From Lama guanicoe (taxonomy: Eukaryota), in the NCBI GenBank assembly GCA_013239625.1, contig MU056000.1, forward strand, positions 9,246,232-9,310,231: a DNA stretch of 64,000 nt, given 5' to 3'. Positions 35,538-50,655 of this stretch are shown piece after piece. The position numbers and the translations under genes were made by a program. Each line of letters starts with the position of its first letter. Position 1 is the stretch's first letter. Below the pieces are notes generated by a model. It worked only from the letters and a program-made list of their open reading frames with translations, was not told the origin of the DNA and ran no database searches.

Positions 35538-36262
35538 AGAGAGTTTGGCAGTTTTTTACAAAACTAAATATGCTCTTACCATACAATTTGGTATTTACAT
35601 AAAGGAGTTGAAAACTTACATCCACACAAAAACCTGCACACAGATGTTTATGGCAGTTTTATTCATAATTTCCAAAACTTGGAAGCAGCTGTCTTTCAGC
35701 AGGTAAATGGATAAATTAACTGTGGTACATCTATGCAATGGAATATTATTCAGCTCTCAAAAGGCATGAGCTGTCAATCCATGAAAAGATATGGAGGAAA
35801 CTTAAGGGAATTATTACTAAGTAAATGAACATAATCTGAGAAGGCTACATACAGTATGATTATAACTACATGGCATTCTGGAAAAGGTAAACCTGGATAC
35901 AATAGAAAAAAAAATCAATGGTTGCTAGAAGTTGGGTTTCAGGATGAATAGGTGGGGCACAGGATTTTTGGGTAGACAAAGTCTACTGTAGAATGTGACA
36001 TCGGTGGATTCATGTCACCATACATTTGTCTAAATCTGTAGTGTGTACAAAACCAAGGATTAACCCTTATGCAAACTATGAAGATTGAGTGACCATGATG
36101 TGTCAGTGTAGGTTCAGCTATTGTCATAAAGGTTCCACTCTGGTGGGGATGTTGATAATGGGGGGGAGGTTATGCATGTGGGAGCAGGCGGCAAACAAGA
36201 AATCTCTGTATTTTCTGCTCTAATTTTCTATGAACCTAAAACACCTCTAAAAAGCAGTCAAT
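35538..36262 (+). mobile_element. L1MC-like 3' end
   Basis: agtttggcagttttttacaaaactaaa...aaaacttacatccacacaaaaacctgcacacagatgttta...tgatgtgtcagtgtaggttca...ctctggtggggatgttgataatggggg...tgaacctaaaac. Confidence 0.92.
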
Positions 36263-37334
36263 ATATTTTCTAAATGTTCAATATTACTACTAGTTTATAT
36301 TATTTATTTCAGGGTGCATATTATTTAGTATGTTAAACATCATGATCATTTCACTTCGCTTTTTTTTTGAGCACTGAGAAAATATATAATTATAGTATGT
36401 GGGAGTTGAGATGAATTTAGACGGAAAAAGGAAAGGACAGCACAAATTAGGGGAAATGTATTTTTCTCATTCTGTTAGAAACAAAGCAACTGGCTATAAA
36501 CATCCATTCAGAAAATAAAGCCCATAAGAAAAAAGCAGCCTTAACAGTTTCAGCTGGAGTTCTGTGCTTCACCAGTGACATTACACTATCATTCTTGGTC
36601 TTAATGTATTTTTCCACCATTGTTTGTCAAGAATGCATGATGTGCTGCTAGCATTAGCCAGCTCTGTGCAGGAAAACAGACAAAAAGTCTACAGTATCTT
36701 CAATAGCTCACAAAACCACCACAGACCTTTATATGTCATGGACTTGGTCTGACTCAAGAAAAATATGAGTGGAAAATTTAATGAAGTATCTGAAGAGTGA
36801 GAAGCCATTTTTATCTTCTAAAACAAGTGGGCTGTAACTCAAGACATTTCAAAGTTTTAATATGAGTGAACACACTTCGTAGCTTCAAAGTTTTTCCAAA
36901 ACTCTTAGAGAGCAATAAAGTTAAAAGCATTGTTCTATAAATAAATCTTTGTTGGAGACAACAAAATGATGTTTTCAAAATAAGCTTTCTTCAGAAAATG
37001 AGATACATGACTTTTACTCACCAATGAAATAGTAACAATGCATCCATCCTTGAACACAGACTCCACATAAAAATAAGCCTTGTAGGAAGGCATAAGAATT
37101 GGGAATTCTTAAGTAATGACTACAAGAAATGTAACATTTTTATTAAGTTTATTTTACATTTAACTGTTGTATCATAAAAATACTTTACCACACTTGGAAT
37201 GCTTAATAAAAAAGTTTGAATTATTACTTTTACAGTCAAAAGGTGACCCACTAAAAATGTATTTAAAATAGGATGGTCAGAAAAGCATCCAAAAAAACTT
37301 GATATTGTGGAAGAAACTTTCTATCTTGGCACAA

Positions 37335-37548
37335 GAATATCTAGGTTTGGGTCCTTCTTTTCCATCAATCACTTTTTCATCATGCGCAATTTGTCTAATC
37401 CTTCTACACAATTCCATAAAATGTCTGCAAGTATGATAAAAAATAAAATCTTCATCACTAGACTATTCTATTGGATAACTAAGGGAGATTATGTATGGGG
37501 AAATGCTAAGCAAACTGCCATATGCTTATGCAAAACGTAATTATATTA
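37335..37548 (+). mobile_element. Degraded MIR/MIR3
   Basis: ctaggtttgggtcct...taagggagattatgtatggggaaatgct...tatgcaaaacgtaa. Confidence 0.5.
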
Positions 37549-37869
37549 GGTCTACTTCTAACACTAGTTACTATGTTTGTTATGTGACAGTAAATCATTA
37601 AATCTCTTTTCATCACAAAATGTAGCATACAAGAAGAAGTACATGAGATACATGTTTATTTTAAAGGATAACAATTTTCAAAACAGATTGCTTAAGATAA
37701 AATATTATCTACACTTCTGACATCTCCTTTTGCCCTTCTTGATAACGTGTCCTCACACACTTCAAAATCTGCAAAGGTAACCACTTCACGTTCTGTGACA
37801 TCCTCTTGTTTGTCTTCATAGATTAGGTATACTAATATGTATCCCTAAATATTGGGGATTGTATCAAAT

Positions 37870-38126
37870 TGGCTTGTTTAGAGAGTTTGGGGACATTTTA
37901 AGTGGTTAGCTTGGGCTTCCTCACAACAGGGCAGCAGGATTCCCAAAAGGAGCATTCCAGAAGGAAAATCGCCATGTGTAAGTAAGCATTTGTCAAGCTT
38001 TGTTTGCATTATTCTTGCAAATGTTCTAATGGCCAAAACCAAGGTCAATGGGCGAGGTGCTTCACAAAGACGTGAACTCTAGGAGATGTGATTTGTTTGG
38101 AACAAACAAGGCAATAGTCTACCACA
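37870..38126 (-). mobile_element. MaLR LTR fragment (MLT1G/H-like)
   Basis: gcttgggcttcctcacaacagggcagc...aatggccaaa...gacgtgaactctaggagatgtgatt...agtctaccaca. Confidence 0.75.
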
Positions 38127-40329
38127 AAGATCTAAGCAGGCAGACTGAGAGGATCACAGAAATACTTACACAGACAGTGACTGCCAAAGTGTCAAGTTAG
38201 AATTTAGTATCAAATCAGTGTTATTTAGAACAGGGGCTATGAAAGGAGAAAAGTCTTCTAGGCGTAGATGGACAGGACAAAATCTGAGAAATGGAATGTA
38301 AAAAGCTTAGGAATACTATCAAAATTGAAATATCGATTCATAATTGAGGATTCTTGCACCAAAATTCTGAAATTCCTCCAAACAACCTCCTCAGAGAAGT
38401 GGAGCCAAATGTAGATTTGAAGAAAAAGAAAAGAATTAATGATATAATTATGTTACTCAACTCTTGGAGAGAAAGGAATGCAGAGTCTAAGAACCAGAAA
38501 GTCACTGATTTCACTCTTAGTTCTGGGACACATTAAAAATACCACTCATATTCTCCCCAAATATAAGCATATTTGGTAACAGGAGGATTTCTTGGTGACT
38601 ACTCTGAAGAGATACTTGATATTCTGAATTTTGTTTTATCTGTTTTGCTTCCTTCAGAAACAGCATAACTGATAGACTCATCCTCAGTATCAGAGCTGTT
38701 TTCAAATAGTAAACGCACGTTGGCAAAAACTCTAAGGTATGGCGAGACTGAGGGATACGGAGGTGCTCTCACTGGATGAGTACACATGGCAACTTGATTT
38801 CAAGGCAGTGGGATAACCATGAAATCAAGGGGTAAGAGGGCAGCTGCTGAATCCAGAACACTTAGTACAACTTTTAATCAAACCAAGGTCAGCTGCTGGA
38901 TAAGCTACGGTGTGAAGAGAAAGTTCGGTGACAGGCTTTGAAAACTTTGTCCATAGATAAATAGAAATGATTGCATTTGTATTTAGACATTGCTGAAGGG
39001 GCACTGTTCAGTTTAGTAGTTTTTGTAAACATGGACAGCTACACTGTCTTCATGAGCATCTTTAAAAAGGGAATAAAATAGAAAAGATGTATTGTTTGAC
39101 TAGCAAGTGTGGTTTATCCGGAATGTCTTGCTGACTGCAGAATGTGATCCTTTCTCGTTCATTTTTTGGAGGAATTTATTGGATCACATGTTGTCCCACT
39201 TCATGCTAGCACTATACAGGTTATTTTAGATCACTTTGTGGGAGAAAACTGTGTTTTCTAAACTCTGGCTTTATAAAATATGTAAAATGTCAGTTTTCAG
39301 GCAATTCACTTTATCTATCTAGGTTGTAATTTTCTTATTTTTTAAAATGGAAGATTGGTTTCCCCCGAAATTCAGAAAATAATTCCTAGCTGTAATTTTT
39401 TTTTATTTTTGGTTTCTTTCTATTATTGGTCAGTCCTTGGATCAGCTTTAGAGAGACAGAGCGGCATAAAGAATTATCTTCAAGTGATTAATTATTAATT
39501 AGTAACTTGAAGGTCTCAGATAAATATACAAAAATATAAATAATCACATAAGCTAGCATGGGGGACCCATAATGTTAAAGGGCTTTCACAGCAAGTCCCT
39601 CATGAATAGAGAAAAGGTAGGAATCTTCCACCTAAAACTAGATGCCCTCTCACTTTTCCTGGTATAAAACACTGTGTTTTAATGAAGAAGAGAATTCAAA
39701 TCCAGAAGCCATAAAATCCTGTCACTTTGCAGAGGGTTTAATTTAAGACTAGAATATGAATAGATTTGGGTAAAACAGCTGTTTGCACATCATGAAACAT
39801 TTTGAGTTAAGATTGAGTCTTCTACTGACGCAGCCTCTTTGAAAAGTGGCTTCTATTCCCTAACGCCTCACCATGGGCTAAAAAGGAGCAGAAACATTCA
39901 TTCCAAACTGCAATTTCTGTCATAAAATGTATGCCTATTTTGAACTGTGATCTTTCTCAGTAATTCTACTTCTCCATATTATGTATCCACTGTTCAGATT
40001 TTTTTTTAATTTAAAGATAAAATTAATTTGGAAGACATACACAAATACACAGCTGTTAAAACATTTTCCAAAGACAGCTCTAAGGGAGGCATTTTCCAGA
40101 GACTGCTTTATGCATAGTGATAGAAAAATAGCTCTTTAGTCTAAAAATACAGAATTTCTGATGGAAACGAAGTATGCTTTTTCCCCTCTAAACTACCAGC
40201 GTATACCAGAGAACTTTTCACATATAGCCCTTAAGTAAAATGCACAAATAAAATCGCCATGACTTTACTGAAGGTAACAGAGAGCTAGAGGCAGCCTATA
40301 TTTCCATGACTTAGGAAATACATAACTGA

Positions 40330-40640
40330 AATGTAGTGAATGCACACCGTGGTCTATGAAGCAGCTAGAAGAAATGAACTACTATATGTAGCTAGAGTAA
40401 CACTGAAAAATAATCGAAAACAATTTTTGGTGAAGAAATATATTTAAAAAACAAATACAATAAAAGTATATCAGTTTAAAAATATTTTTAAAAACACAGA
40501 TACACACAGACACAAGCATACACATGTACACAAATACAAATGCACATACAAGACATATATCAAACAAGTACTGGGTTTTAGAGAGAGAGAAGAGTGGGTG
40601 TTGGGATAAAGGAAATTAACAAAGGTACAGAAAAGTTTGC
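40330..40640 (+). mobile_element. Old L1ME-like 3'UTR fragment
   Basis: ctatgaagcagctagaagaaatgaactactatatgtagc... Confidence 0.5.
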
Positions 40641-42929
40641 TTGGAAAACAAAAGAAATATAGCAGAAGGAGAAGGAAGACTGAGGATTAATGAAATAAAC
40701 TCAGATTTTTTTTCCAGTATCAAGTGTATCCAAGATAATTATGAAGAAATGCCATTGGAGAAGGAATCATGGGAGACATACGGTATTGAAGAGATTCTTA
40801 GTATTCAATGGAATAGTCTGAAGCTATTATAAACACAAAAGTTATAAAATTAAACAATAGCACTGTAAATTTTTATTTAATTATTTATAAAAATACAGGA
40901 TGCAAAAGTAAATACATGAAGATTTAACTATTAAAACTATGGAAAAAATAAGAAAGAAAGTGAAAGCATTAAGAAGCTTACAAATATGAATGGGTTTTTA
41001 TATTTTTAATTGGTGAAAATTGCATGTTTAAAGATTTATTTTTTCTTTCATACCACATTTTTTTTTATTTTCAAAGAATTCAATGCTTTGATTGTATTAC
41101 TTATATAATGTATAATTTTGGTTTTATTACTTCTGTGTTTATAAAATATGACACAGTATTTGTAACATGTTAAATACACACCAAAGTTTTCCAGGAATAA
41201 GGAAAAAGGTTATGCCTATACACTTATTAAAATGGGCACCGTGAGTGTCAAAGTGAGGAACCCCACTACCTGCATCACAACAGGATTTAAGCAATTACTT
41301 TTATGTCTTGGCTTTTGCAAATTTCAAATTGGTTTCTATAGAACCAAGAATGTTCTAAAATTAAGGCACATGAATTATCTGTGATACACACGAGGTCTAG
41401 GTCATTGGATGGGAGTGAAGATAAGAATAGTAATAGCAGGACTCTAGCAAAGGAGGCTCTCAGTAGAACTCCAGATGTGGGGGCGTAGGGTCTGCCACAT
41501 AAAACCACTGCCTTCAGTTGCTCTGTAAGTCAGCTCCAGAAGGATTGTGGGAAAATGGGCAGAGCTTTTTTTGGTTCTCACCTTGGAAGTGTTAGGTTAC
41601 TTATATAATGTACATTGAAAATTGAAGTATTCAGGTTTTGACTGATTTCAAACTCCACAGCTAAGAGTACAAGAATGCAACAAAGCCTCAATGACCTTGT
41701 CCATGAAATATTGTATTAGCATTATTAGTAGCAATTAATAGTTACTGTTAATTTTATCATTGATAAAATGAATAAAATTATTATATCACATAATAGAATT
41801 TTCCTTGTATTATAGTATTATATCTGTATGATAGTGTTGGTTATTGATGCCACTGTTATTTCATTATAAAATAATCATTATAAACATTTATTTTTTGTCA
41901 TAATTAAGGAACTAGAAAAAACTCTAAAGAAAAGTAATTTTTACACGTATTTCTTTTTTTCTCAGAGTGATCAATTCTGCATCTCACTAAAAATGCAGTG
42001 TGTCACATTTTGGAAAGCAGACATTGGATTTAAATAGAAAATGTGTAGCACATGCATTCTTGTTTTACTCTCTTGATCCCTTTATTTGCATCTGATGTGT
42101 CAAATTATCAAGGAACTCTTCAGACAAAAAATAGGACATGTGAATTAAATAAGTTCTTGTAAGTTTTCATCTTTCATAAATTGTCATAAAGTGTGAAGAA
42201 AAGATCTAGGAAAGACTGATGTTTAAAAGTTTGTGCTTATAGAATGACTCCTCTGATCTTACCATGGTTCTTTAACATTTTTGATCTTCAAATTCTGGCA
42301 GTTATGTGATAGCCCATACATCAGCTTTAGAGGACAGAACTTGAATAATAAAACATTGCCAGGTAATACTTACAAAAACTGAAAAGAGTTTAGTTTTTTA
42401 ACTCCAGACATGGTCAAAATTAAGCTGACTGGTGTTAAAGGTTTAAGATGTGGGTCATAGTTAATCTATGTAATTTTCACAAATTGAAATTTTATTCATA
42501 TGCTTATGGAAAATATTAAAATTTAGCAATCAGCAACATAATTGATGTATTGATACAAATGAAAGATATACAAAGAAACATTTCTGATAGAAAGTGTATA
42601 ACATACTTGTTTCTCTCAAAATCAAAATTTAAAAATTATTTGTTCTTTAACAATTTACTTTTTTCTTCAATAAAAATTATTTTTAAAGATAGATTCCAAA
42701 GATGTAATTACCTAAAGATTTAAGTTTATGGAAGATGAATTTAATTCAAGCAAGATATATAACAATTGAACTAGTATAAGACTTTTATTATTTTATTTTT
42801 CTCAATAAATCATAATGAAAAATCTAGGAAAAAAGCAAGTGTACACATTTTGATTCAAGGAAACAAGAAGTTTGAATAAAAATGCTTTATGACTAAAAAT
42901 ATATATTTGGGGGAATTTATTTACATATG

Positions 42930-44880
42930 ACATGATTGTCTATTAAAAAATAACATTACAACTCAAAAAGAAACTATTGAAATTAATGAGAGTATAACAG
43001 TGTTGCACTTTAAAATACTCAAAATTAAATTGCTTTTCAATATAGCACAAATGAAAAATTGAAGTTTAAAATTTTAAAAATAACATTTATAATAGCACCC
43101 AAGAAATTGAAATAGGTATAAAATCTAACAGAAATATAAATATTTATATGCAGGAAACAATAAAACTCTGTTGAGAGAAATAAAAATGACCTAAATAAGT
43201 CGAGAGAGACTTAGTTTTCATAGGCTGTAAGAATCAATGTTATGATGAGAAATGTTCACAACTCGATCTATAGATCCAATATAACCTGGATGAAATCCCA
43301 TGAAGCTATTTTAACAGATATTAACAATCTGATTCTAAAGTGTACATGAGAAGGCAAGAGACCTGGATAAACTAACACAGTCCTAAAGAGAAAGAACAAA
43401 ATTGGGAGAATCACACTGTCCAGTTTCATACCTACTATAAACTGCAGTAATCAAGATAGTGTGGTATTGTTCAAAGGATAAGCATATAGAACAGTGGAAC
43501 AGAATAGGAAGCCCAGAAAGAGACCACACAAATATTGTCAACTGATTTTTGACAAAGGAGCAAGGATAATTAATCGAAGAAACTGTAGAATGACTGGTCC
43601 TGGAAAAACTGGATTTCCATATCCATAAACACAGAACTTTACTCAGACCTTACATGATTCATAAAGAAAAAAACTCAAATGGGTTATAGACCTGAATGTA
43701 AAAGGCAGAACTGCACAACTTCTAGAAGAAAATGGAAGAGAAAATTCTATGGGTTTGGTGATGAATTTTTGATATAATATCAAAAGTTCAGTAAATGAAG
43801 GGAAAAACTGATAAGCTAGATTTATGAAAAGTAAAAACTTTTTTCTGAGAAAGACACTATTAGGATAATAAAAAGGCAAGCCACAGACTGGGAAAAATGT
43901 TTACATACAAAAATCTGATAAGGAAAATTTGTTCAAGATAAACAGAGAGCTTGACATTTAACAATAAGAAAACAAATAACCCAGTTAAAAAATGAACAAG
44001 TGATCTAAGGAGAGGGACCTTACTTAAGAAGATACACAAATGATAAGAAGCATAGGGGAAGATTAATTAGATTAAAATAAGGAGATACTACTACACACTT
44101 ATTAGAAGGATTAAAATTCAACAACTGAAAATACCAGTTGCTAGCAGAGCAACAGGAAACTCTCATTCATTGCCAGTGGGAATTCATAATCGCACAGACA
44201 CTTTGCAAGACAGTTTGAAAGACTTTTCTTTCTCTCTTTCTTTTCTTTCTTTTCTTTCTTCCTTTCATTCTCTTTCTTTCTTCCTTTCTTTCTCTCTCTT
44301 TTTCTTTCTTTCTTTCTTCCTTCCTTCCCTTCCTCCTTTCTTTCTTTCTTTTTGCCAAACTAAATAGTTTTACCATACAATTGAAAAATCTAGACCCTAA
44401 GTATCTACACAGCTAGTTTAAAATTTAAGTCCCCACAAAAACTTGCTTGCTAATGTTTATAAAAGCTTTATTCTTAATTGTCAAACACTGGAAGCAATTA
44501 GATGAACTTTAATAAAAGAATAAATAAACTGGGGTACATTCTTACAATGTTATAGCATTCAGAAGTAAAGAGAAATGAGCCATCAAGCCACACACAAAAA
44601 AAAGAATAAATCTTAAATGCATACTTCTAAGTGAAAAAAAGCCAATCTGAAAAAGCTACGTAATATATGGGTCCAAAGATATTGCATCACTGAAAAGGTA
44701 AATTATAGGTTCAATAGTTGTCAGGAATTCTGGAGAAGAAAAGGATTGAATGGATGAAGCAGAGAAAATTTCTGAGACAGTAAAATTATTTTGTACAATA
44801 CTATAATTTTGGATATACAACATAATGTGTTTGTTAAAATCTGTAGGACTTTACAACCCAGAGAATGAGCCTTCATGTCT
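42930..44880 (+). mobile_element. L1MC/L1MD-like ORF2 3' half plus 3'UTR
   Basis: ctgattctaaagtgtacatgagaaggcaagagacct...ctgcagtaatcaagatagtgtggtattg...caactgatttttgacaaaggagcaagg...aggcaagccacagactgggaaaaa...gccaatctgaaaaagctac. Confidence 0.92.
44224..44353. repeat. Compound (TTTC)n/(TTCC)n pyrimidine microsatellite inside L1
   Basis: Direct reading; L1 homology resumes on both sides. Confidence 0.95.
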
Positions 44881-45149
44881 TCACCTCCCACAACGAACAC
44901 ATTCTTAAGTGAAAAACACTTTAGGACAGCTGAAGCCTTCATCTGTGAAATAGAGAGATTACAAAAGCCCTACCAGCCAGTACCTAGAGCTCTAGAATAA
45001 ATTCTTTTAAGAATTTTTCACTGATGCCTCATGCCGGAGCCTTTGTAAGGGACCGGTCTACTGTGAAGTCACATGTCAACTCAGTGAGTCTAGGCATTTA
45101 GCAGGTCACTTCAAAGAGCAATAATAATACTGGCATGTAATAAAGAATA

Positions 45150-45325
45150 GCTAAATCTTCAACGACAATTAATTGTATTCACGTCTCTAAACACTTACTC
45201 ATTTAGACTTTAAAACTCAGTATTTTATAGATAAAAACACACAGTCATGAGAGTTTAAGAAATGTTACCCCATTCACCTCGTTAGGCATTAAAGCTAAGC
45301 TTCAAACCCAAAAGTAGAGACTTCA
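45150..45325 (-). mobile_element. Degraded MIR
   Basis: tattttatagataaaaacacacagtcatgagagtttaag...agctaagcttcaaaccca. Confidence 0.55.
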
Positions 45326-48300
45326 ATAGGATTTTTTTTTTCCATAAAAGATAGGTCAAAAAAATTGTATCCACTAGTCAAGGAAAACAGCAGGGAAATT
45401 CAAACCTGTGGATATTCAGAGGGGAGAAAGTGTATAGAGAAATATTTGACAATGTTGACAGTTGCAAGGTCCACACTATCCACAGAGTAGAGAGATCAAA
45501 AGCTCAGTATAAGGATTTCATCAATGACAGCAAATGCTTGACGGAAACGGAAAATAACCAGCAACCCAGAATTTGATGCATAGCCAAACCCTGTATAAAT
45601 GAAATAACATTTTTTGTTTGATTTTTTGTTTGTTTTCAAATACTGACAAGTGACCTCAAATCAAGCCAGGCGCATGTTCCCTGTTCCTTGATTAGGGCTC
45701 CAACCTTGTTCATGGTGGTTTTTCTCTCTGCCTCTTAGCTCTGTTGCCTGAGTCATCTTTTCCATAAAATGTAATTCATATTGTCAAATAAGTAGCTTAG
45801 ATATTTCTGTGGTCTTAACAAAAGGTTTTACATCATAACCCTTGGCTTCATCTTTATCATATTTTCTATGATAGCAACCTAGATTAGACCTTTGACTTAG
45901 AAGCTGTTATTTCACTTGAGAACCGTCTGCCATCAGAGGAGAATGGGAATGAAAAAGAGTTTTATTTCCTAATTTGAGAAATCCTGGCTTTTTTGTGTTT
46001 AGTTCCTCTCTCTGTGTCTGTATCTTTCTTACACAGCAAAAAGAAGTCAGTTCTGCCTAGAAATCTTCTTAGCCACGTTATTAAGTTCACTAGGCACATA
46101 TCTTACATTTCACACTACTGCAGATTACAGTGTTACCAAAGTACCACCAGGAAATAACAAGGGTCTTCTTTCCTCCAATTTTCTGTTTGCATTCTTATTA
46201 TTTCCCTGCGGTCCCTCGCTAAGATCCTCCTCCATGTCTTTTTGCTTGTAATACTCTGCTTGGGACTTTTCCAAGTTTCACTAACCCTTTCCTCAGGATT
46301 CCTCAAGGTCGTGTGGGCTTCGAATTGACACCCAGTCTGAAATAGCCACATATGACTAAAAATTAGCAAAATACACCGTTTTTTTCTAGATAATAGATTT
46401 TAAAAATCTACTTTCATGTCATATCATGCTTTGATCTTTTTATTGTAGCCCTTCACAGAAATGTTTTTATTGAGTAGTATTTTGTTATTATATTACCTCA
46501 ACACAGGTATAAAACCTAAGAAATGACCATTAGAAAACAACTGCAGAATTTATGATAATGATATGCACAGCTGAAACATCTGTCCCAACACCTTATATTC
46601 TGTATCTCTCATTAAATAGTATCCACAGGGAAAAACTACTGTGTCAGAACTGGTTCATATTCCATCTAACACCATAGGCTTTTTTTTTTTTCATTTACAG
46701 CCTAGTGATCTTAATAAATTGACAGCCAACTTGTAAGAACTAAGAAAGATGTTAAGGGATAAACTATTTCCAAAATAAATCTTATCCCAGACTTGATCAT
46801 CAGTTCTTATGTTCATTTTTCACTTGCTTTCGTTTTCTCAAGCATGTGCTGGTTCCACCTGCAGAATATAGAACTGTGCAAACTGATTCAAGGGATTTTA
46901 GGAATGCAGCTGACTGTACACAGGAGAACACGTGGCATTCCATGCGTAGAATTTTAGAAGAAATTAATACACTCATTCTGCCTTTGATACATTGAGAGAG
47001 ACCTGTCATATTACCCAACTTCTTCAGTTGGGTCATTTCTTAGAGAAACATTATTAGCATCACAGATGCTTTCATCACTGCATTCAACTCAAAGCCCATG
47101 ACCCTCACCCATCTCCAACCTACGGCCAGAGAGCAATCAGGCTATAATCAGATCTTCCTTAGTGCAATTTGACTACAGCGCTGTATGTGTACAGTTCTTT
47201 CAGCCTTTGGTATCTTCAGAGTCTGCGCAATCTCCCTGATCTGACTGATCTAAATCTACTGTCACAGTCTCTATCCAAGCCACTCTCGCTAAAATATTTA
47301 GTATTTTCTAGGCTTGAAGAGATTAGCGTCCATGGAACAGGTTATATATATACAATATGCCTGAAGTCTCAATCCAAATAATGAAGTCTTACTTCTCACA
47401 TAGCTGTGCAAATCCAGTGTTGTTTTTAATTTATGTCTAACTTAGAAGAAAAGCTCAGCTTTTCTTCTGACACATAACCTGCAAAAGGAGGAAGATAAGA
47501 AACAAGAACTGATAAACATCATTGACATATTTTAACTAAATATGCAGGTATGAGCATGCATTGTTCAGCCACGTGGGAAGTTGGTATCTCAAAATCAGCA
47601 ATTTGATAGATGATATGAAGGAGAAGCTGTTTCAACTATACTTTCCAGAGCAGGTGTAGCTGCCTTAGAGTTTTCATCTAGAAATTACTTTAAACCATAA
47701 AGTATAATAAAGAATTCAGATTATGTATGTTTTCAGGAATTTCATTTTAAAAAGAGGGGGCAGATATAAACCCCATTTAATGTTTGATTTGAAAAACTGA
47801 TGTGAGAAAGAACTTGATGTTAGTGTATTGCGTAACAAGCATTATACTAGCATGCAAGACTCCAGGTTGAAAATATTTATAGTAACAGAATTTGCTTCCT
47901 TTCCACAGACACGGAAGAATTTGTCCAGTGTTAGAGACCCTTCAAGTTGTAGTAGGACTGTAAAAGAGAAAATAAATTCTAAATCTTCTGCTTAGATATA
48001 CTTTCTTTTATTTTTTATGCATCCTACAGTCCATACATATTTATTGCACACCTACTCCATGTCATACATATTTATTGCATACTGACTATGTTGTATGGTT
48101 CTCTACCTATTCCATGAATAACACTGTATGGTCCTTCACATCTGATGCTCTGTTGTATATCCAACATCATGAGGTACTTATTTTCCCCAATATCCAAAGA
48201 TTTTTATTGAAATCTATTACTTGGAAAACAATCTTCAGCTATAGAATCAGGCTAATCTACAGACAAAAAATTATGCTGCACACAAGACCACACCTAGCAT

Positions 48301-48849
48301 AAGACTCAGAAACATGAAAGTAACATGGCTCAAAAAAGGACTTAAGAAGATCAATCATAATTGAAGTCATTTTATATGGAATCCAGAAGAATTAATAAAA
48401 TGAAAGCTTTTCATCATAGAGCTTAAATAGATAGTAAAAATAATAGTAATGAAAATAAAATTACTTTAATAAATATACCAATAGGAGAATATTGGGCTCA
48501 TAGGGGCCACATATCATGGTGGTCTAAGTTAAGCTGTCATAGAAAACCTACTCAGGAAGTGAGCTATTTTTTTCATCTCCCAGAATGCTACTGCAATAAA
48601 TGTGAGAGCAACAGAATGTAATGCAAAAAATAGTATTTTAGGAGATTAAAAGATACTTACAACCTTTTTTCACGATTTAACAGCTAGCATTGTACCAACA
48701 ATTGCTTAATCTCCACTGGTGATTTTTAACATAATTATTAACCTCCAAAGGTGTATTTGAAACTTGCCTTGTCCTCATGGCTGTACTAATGTCTTCATAT
48801 ACCAAAACATTCACTTAGCTGGCATTTAGCTCTGCTAAAATTATATGTT

Positions 48850-48975
48850 TACAAGTTCCCTCCCACTAGATTATAAAATATTTGAAAGAAGATGCTAAAT
48901 TTTATTACTCTTTCTTTCACCAGTCTTAACACAATGCCTAGAAAATAGAAAGTGATCCATAAAATGTTTCTTTAC
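48850..48975 (+). mobile_element. L2 3' end
   Basis: cctcccactagattataaa...cagtcttaacacaatgcctagaaaatagaaagtgatccataaaatgttt. Confidence 0.65.
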
Positions 48976-50249
48976 GTTAATCGATCAGTTCTTGACATTA
49001 CCAACGACTGCATAATATGGTGATACTGTAAGACCACAGGAGGAACAAATGCAAAACATACAGAGAGTAAACACCAAGAATAATAAAATATGAAAAGTAT
49101 GGAGAAATCACATAATTTTAACATCTTCGTCTTTAAAACTGTGTGACTACTTTTTCATTCAACAGTGATTAACTTCCGCTGGCAACGTCTCCGTGGAATC
49201 ACTCATCATTTTGATAAGTTACTAGGTGAAAGTATTATTTTCTCCACTTGTGCAGTCCATCAGCCATGCTCACTCCTTACCCAGGTCATAACTGGCACAT
49301 TACCATTTCCACAGCAAGTATTAATCAGCAGGTATTCAAGTCTGGTGCCTCAATGCCATGAGCTAAATTGTGCTGAATTATGATGCACGTTAATAAAGCA
49401 GAAGTCTCTGGAGACTGTTGATATATGGCGGTTGTAATTCTGCTTTTACTGATCATACATTAAATTGTATTAAGGTGAGAAACACCCCTTAAATAAATAA
49501 ATGAAAGCTTACTATGCTTGAATAATTTCAATTTAGAAGTTAATGTGTTAACATGGCCTGTGAGTCACCGCCTGTCCTCTCCAGACAAACTCTTATGATG
49601 GAGGTAGGACATGTTCACTTGACATTCTACCGCCCTCTGGCTGATAAAACTTGCTTTAGGAATAACAGATTAGTTAGCATTCAACATATGTTAATTAATG
49701 TAGTTTATTAAAATGTGTTATTGTTGCCTTTATTCATTCTTTGTAAGTAATTCATTGCTGTAGGGGATATAATAAAACCATTAGGGCTTTCCAGTCAAAA
49801 ACCTCACACAGCTGAGTTAGATTTTAAATAGCAGGATTCCTCCATTCACCTCTTGCTGCTTAAAATGATTATTTTTTTTCTCAATATGTGGCAAACCATA
49901 ATTTAAAAGCTTATTGTATCAAGTGAATAAGGGGAATTCATTTGCAAAATATGTGGGAGATTTATCCTAAGAAACTCCATTGAATATGTTTAAAATATTC
50001 TGTGTTAAAAAGATTAAATCTTAAAAATGTACAAAACTTGGGAAAGCCATTTTAATTAGTGGTATGCACACTCAGGCATACAACAGAACTTTCTTAATCA
50101 ATGTAGTTTATTCCATCTACAAAGCACACTGTCTTATGCCCAGGGGAGGCTGAGAACTTTCTTTTAATGGGCTACTTGATGTACAAGGATGTACACCAAT
50201 TCCCACCAGGTGAATTATTATGATTCCCAAGTGTCAGCTATATTAGCTC

Positions 50250-50655
50250 CTAATCTTATATAAGTCAGGGTAAGCTGGGGAATGTAGTGGAAACAAATTA
50301 ACCCCCAAATCTTACTAAGATACAAAAGTCCATTGCTAACTTATTCAACATCAGCAGTGTGTTGTGTGACACTCTGGAAGCCGTACTCCATCAAAAATCT
50401 AGACCGACTCCACCAAAATATCACAAGGTGTCATGTCATTTGTGTCGTCTTTTCAGCATGTGTCTTTGTTGTTCCTGGAGAGGACAAGAGGAAATGTATG
50501 AAGAACAAATACATCTATGCTTTGCACAGTTGTCTACACACCTCCTACAAATCATTGTCCAGAGCTGGTCATATAGTACCAAACAAGCTGCAAGGTAGGT
50601 TGTGATATGCAGGGGAATACATGGATATTTGGTGATCATTAACTGTTTCTTCTAT
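50250..50655 (-). mobile_element. Ancient MaLR LTR (MLT1J-like)
   Basis: agtcagggtaagct...acaaattaacccccaaatctta...tggtcatatagtacc...ggatatttggtgatcattaactgtttct. Confidence 0.65.

Noticed and set aside
34562..35625. Long ORFs of 118-202 aa
   Set aside because: Artefacts of N runs being read as X.
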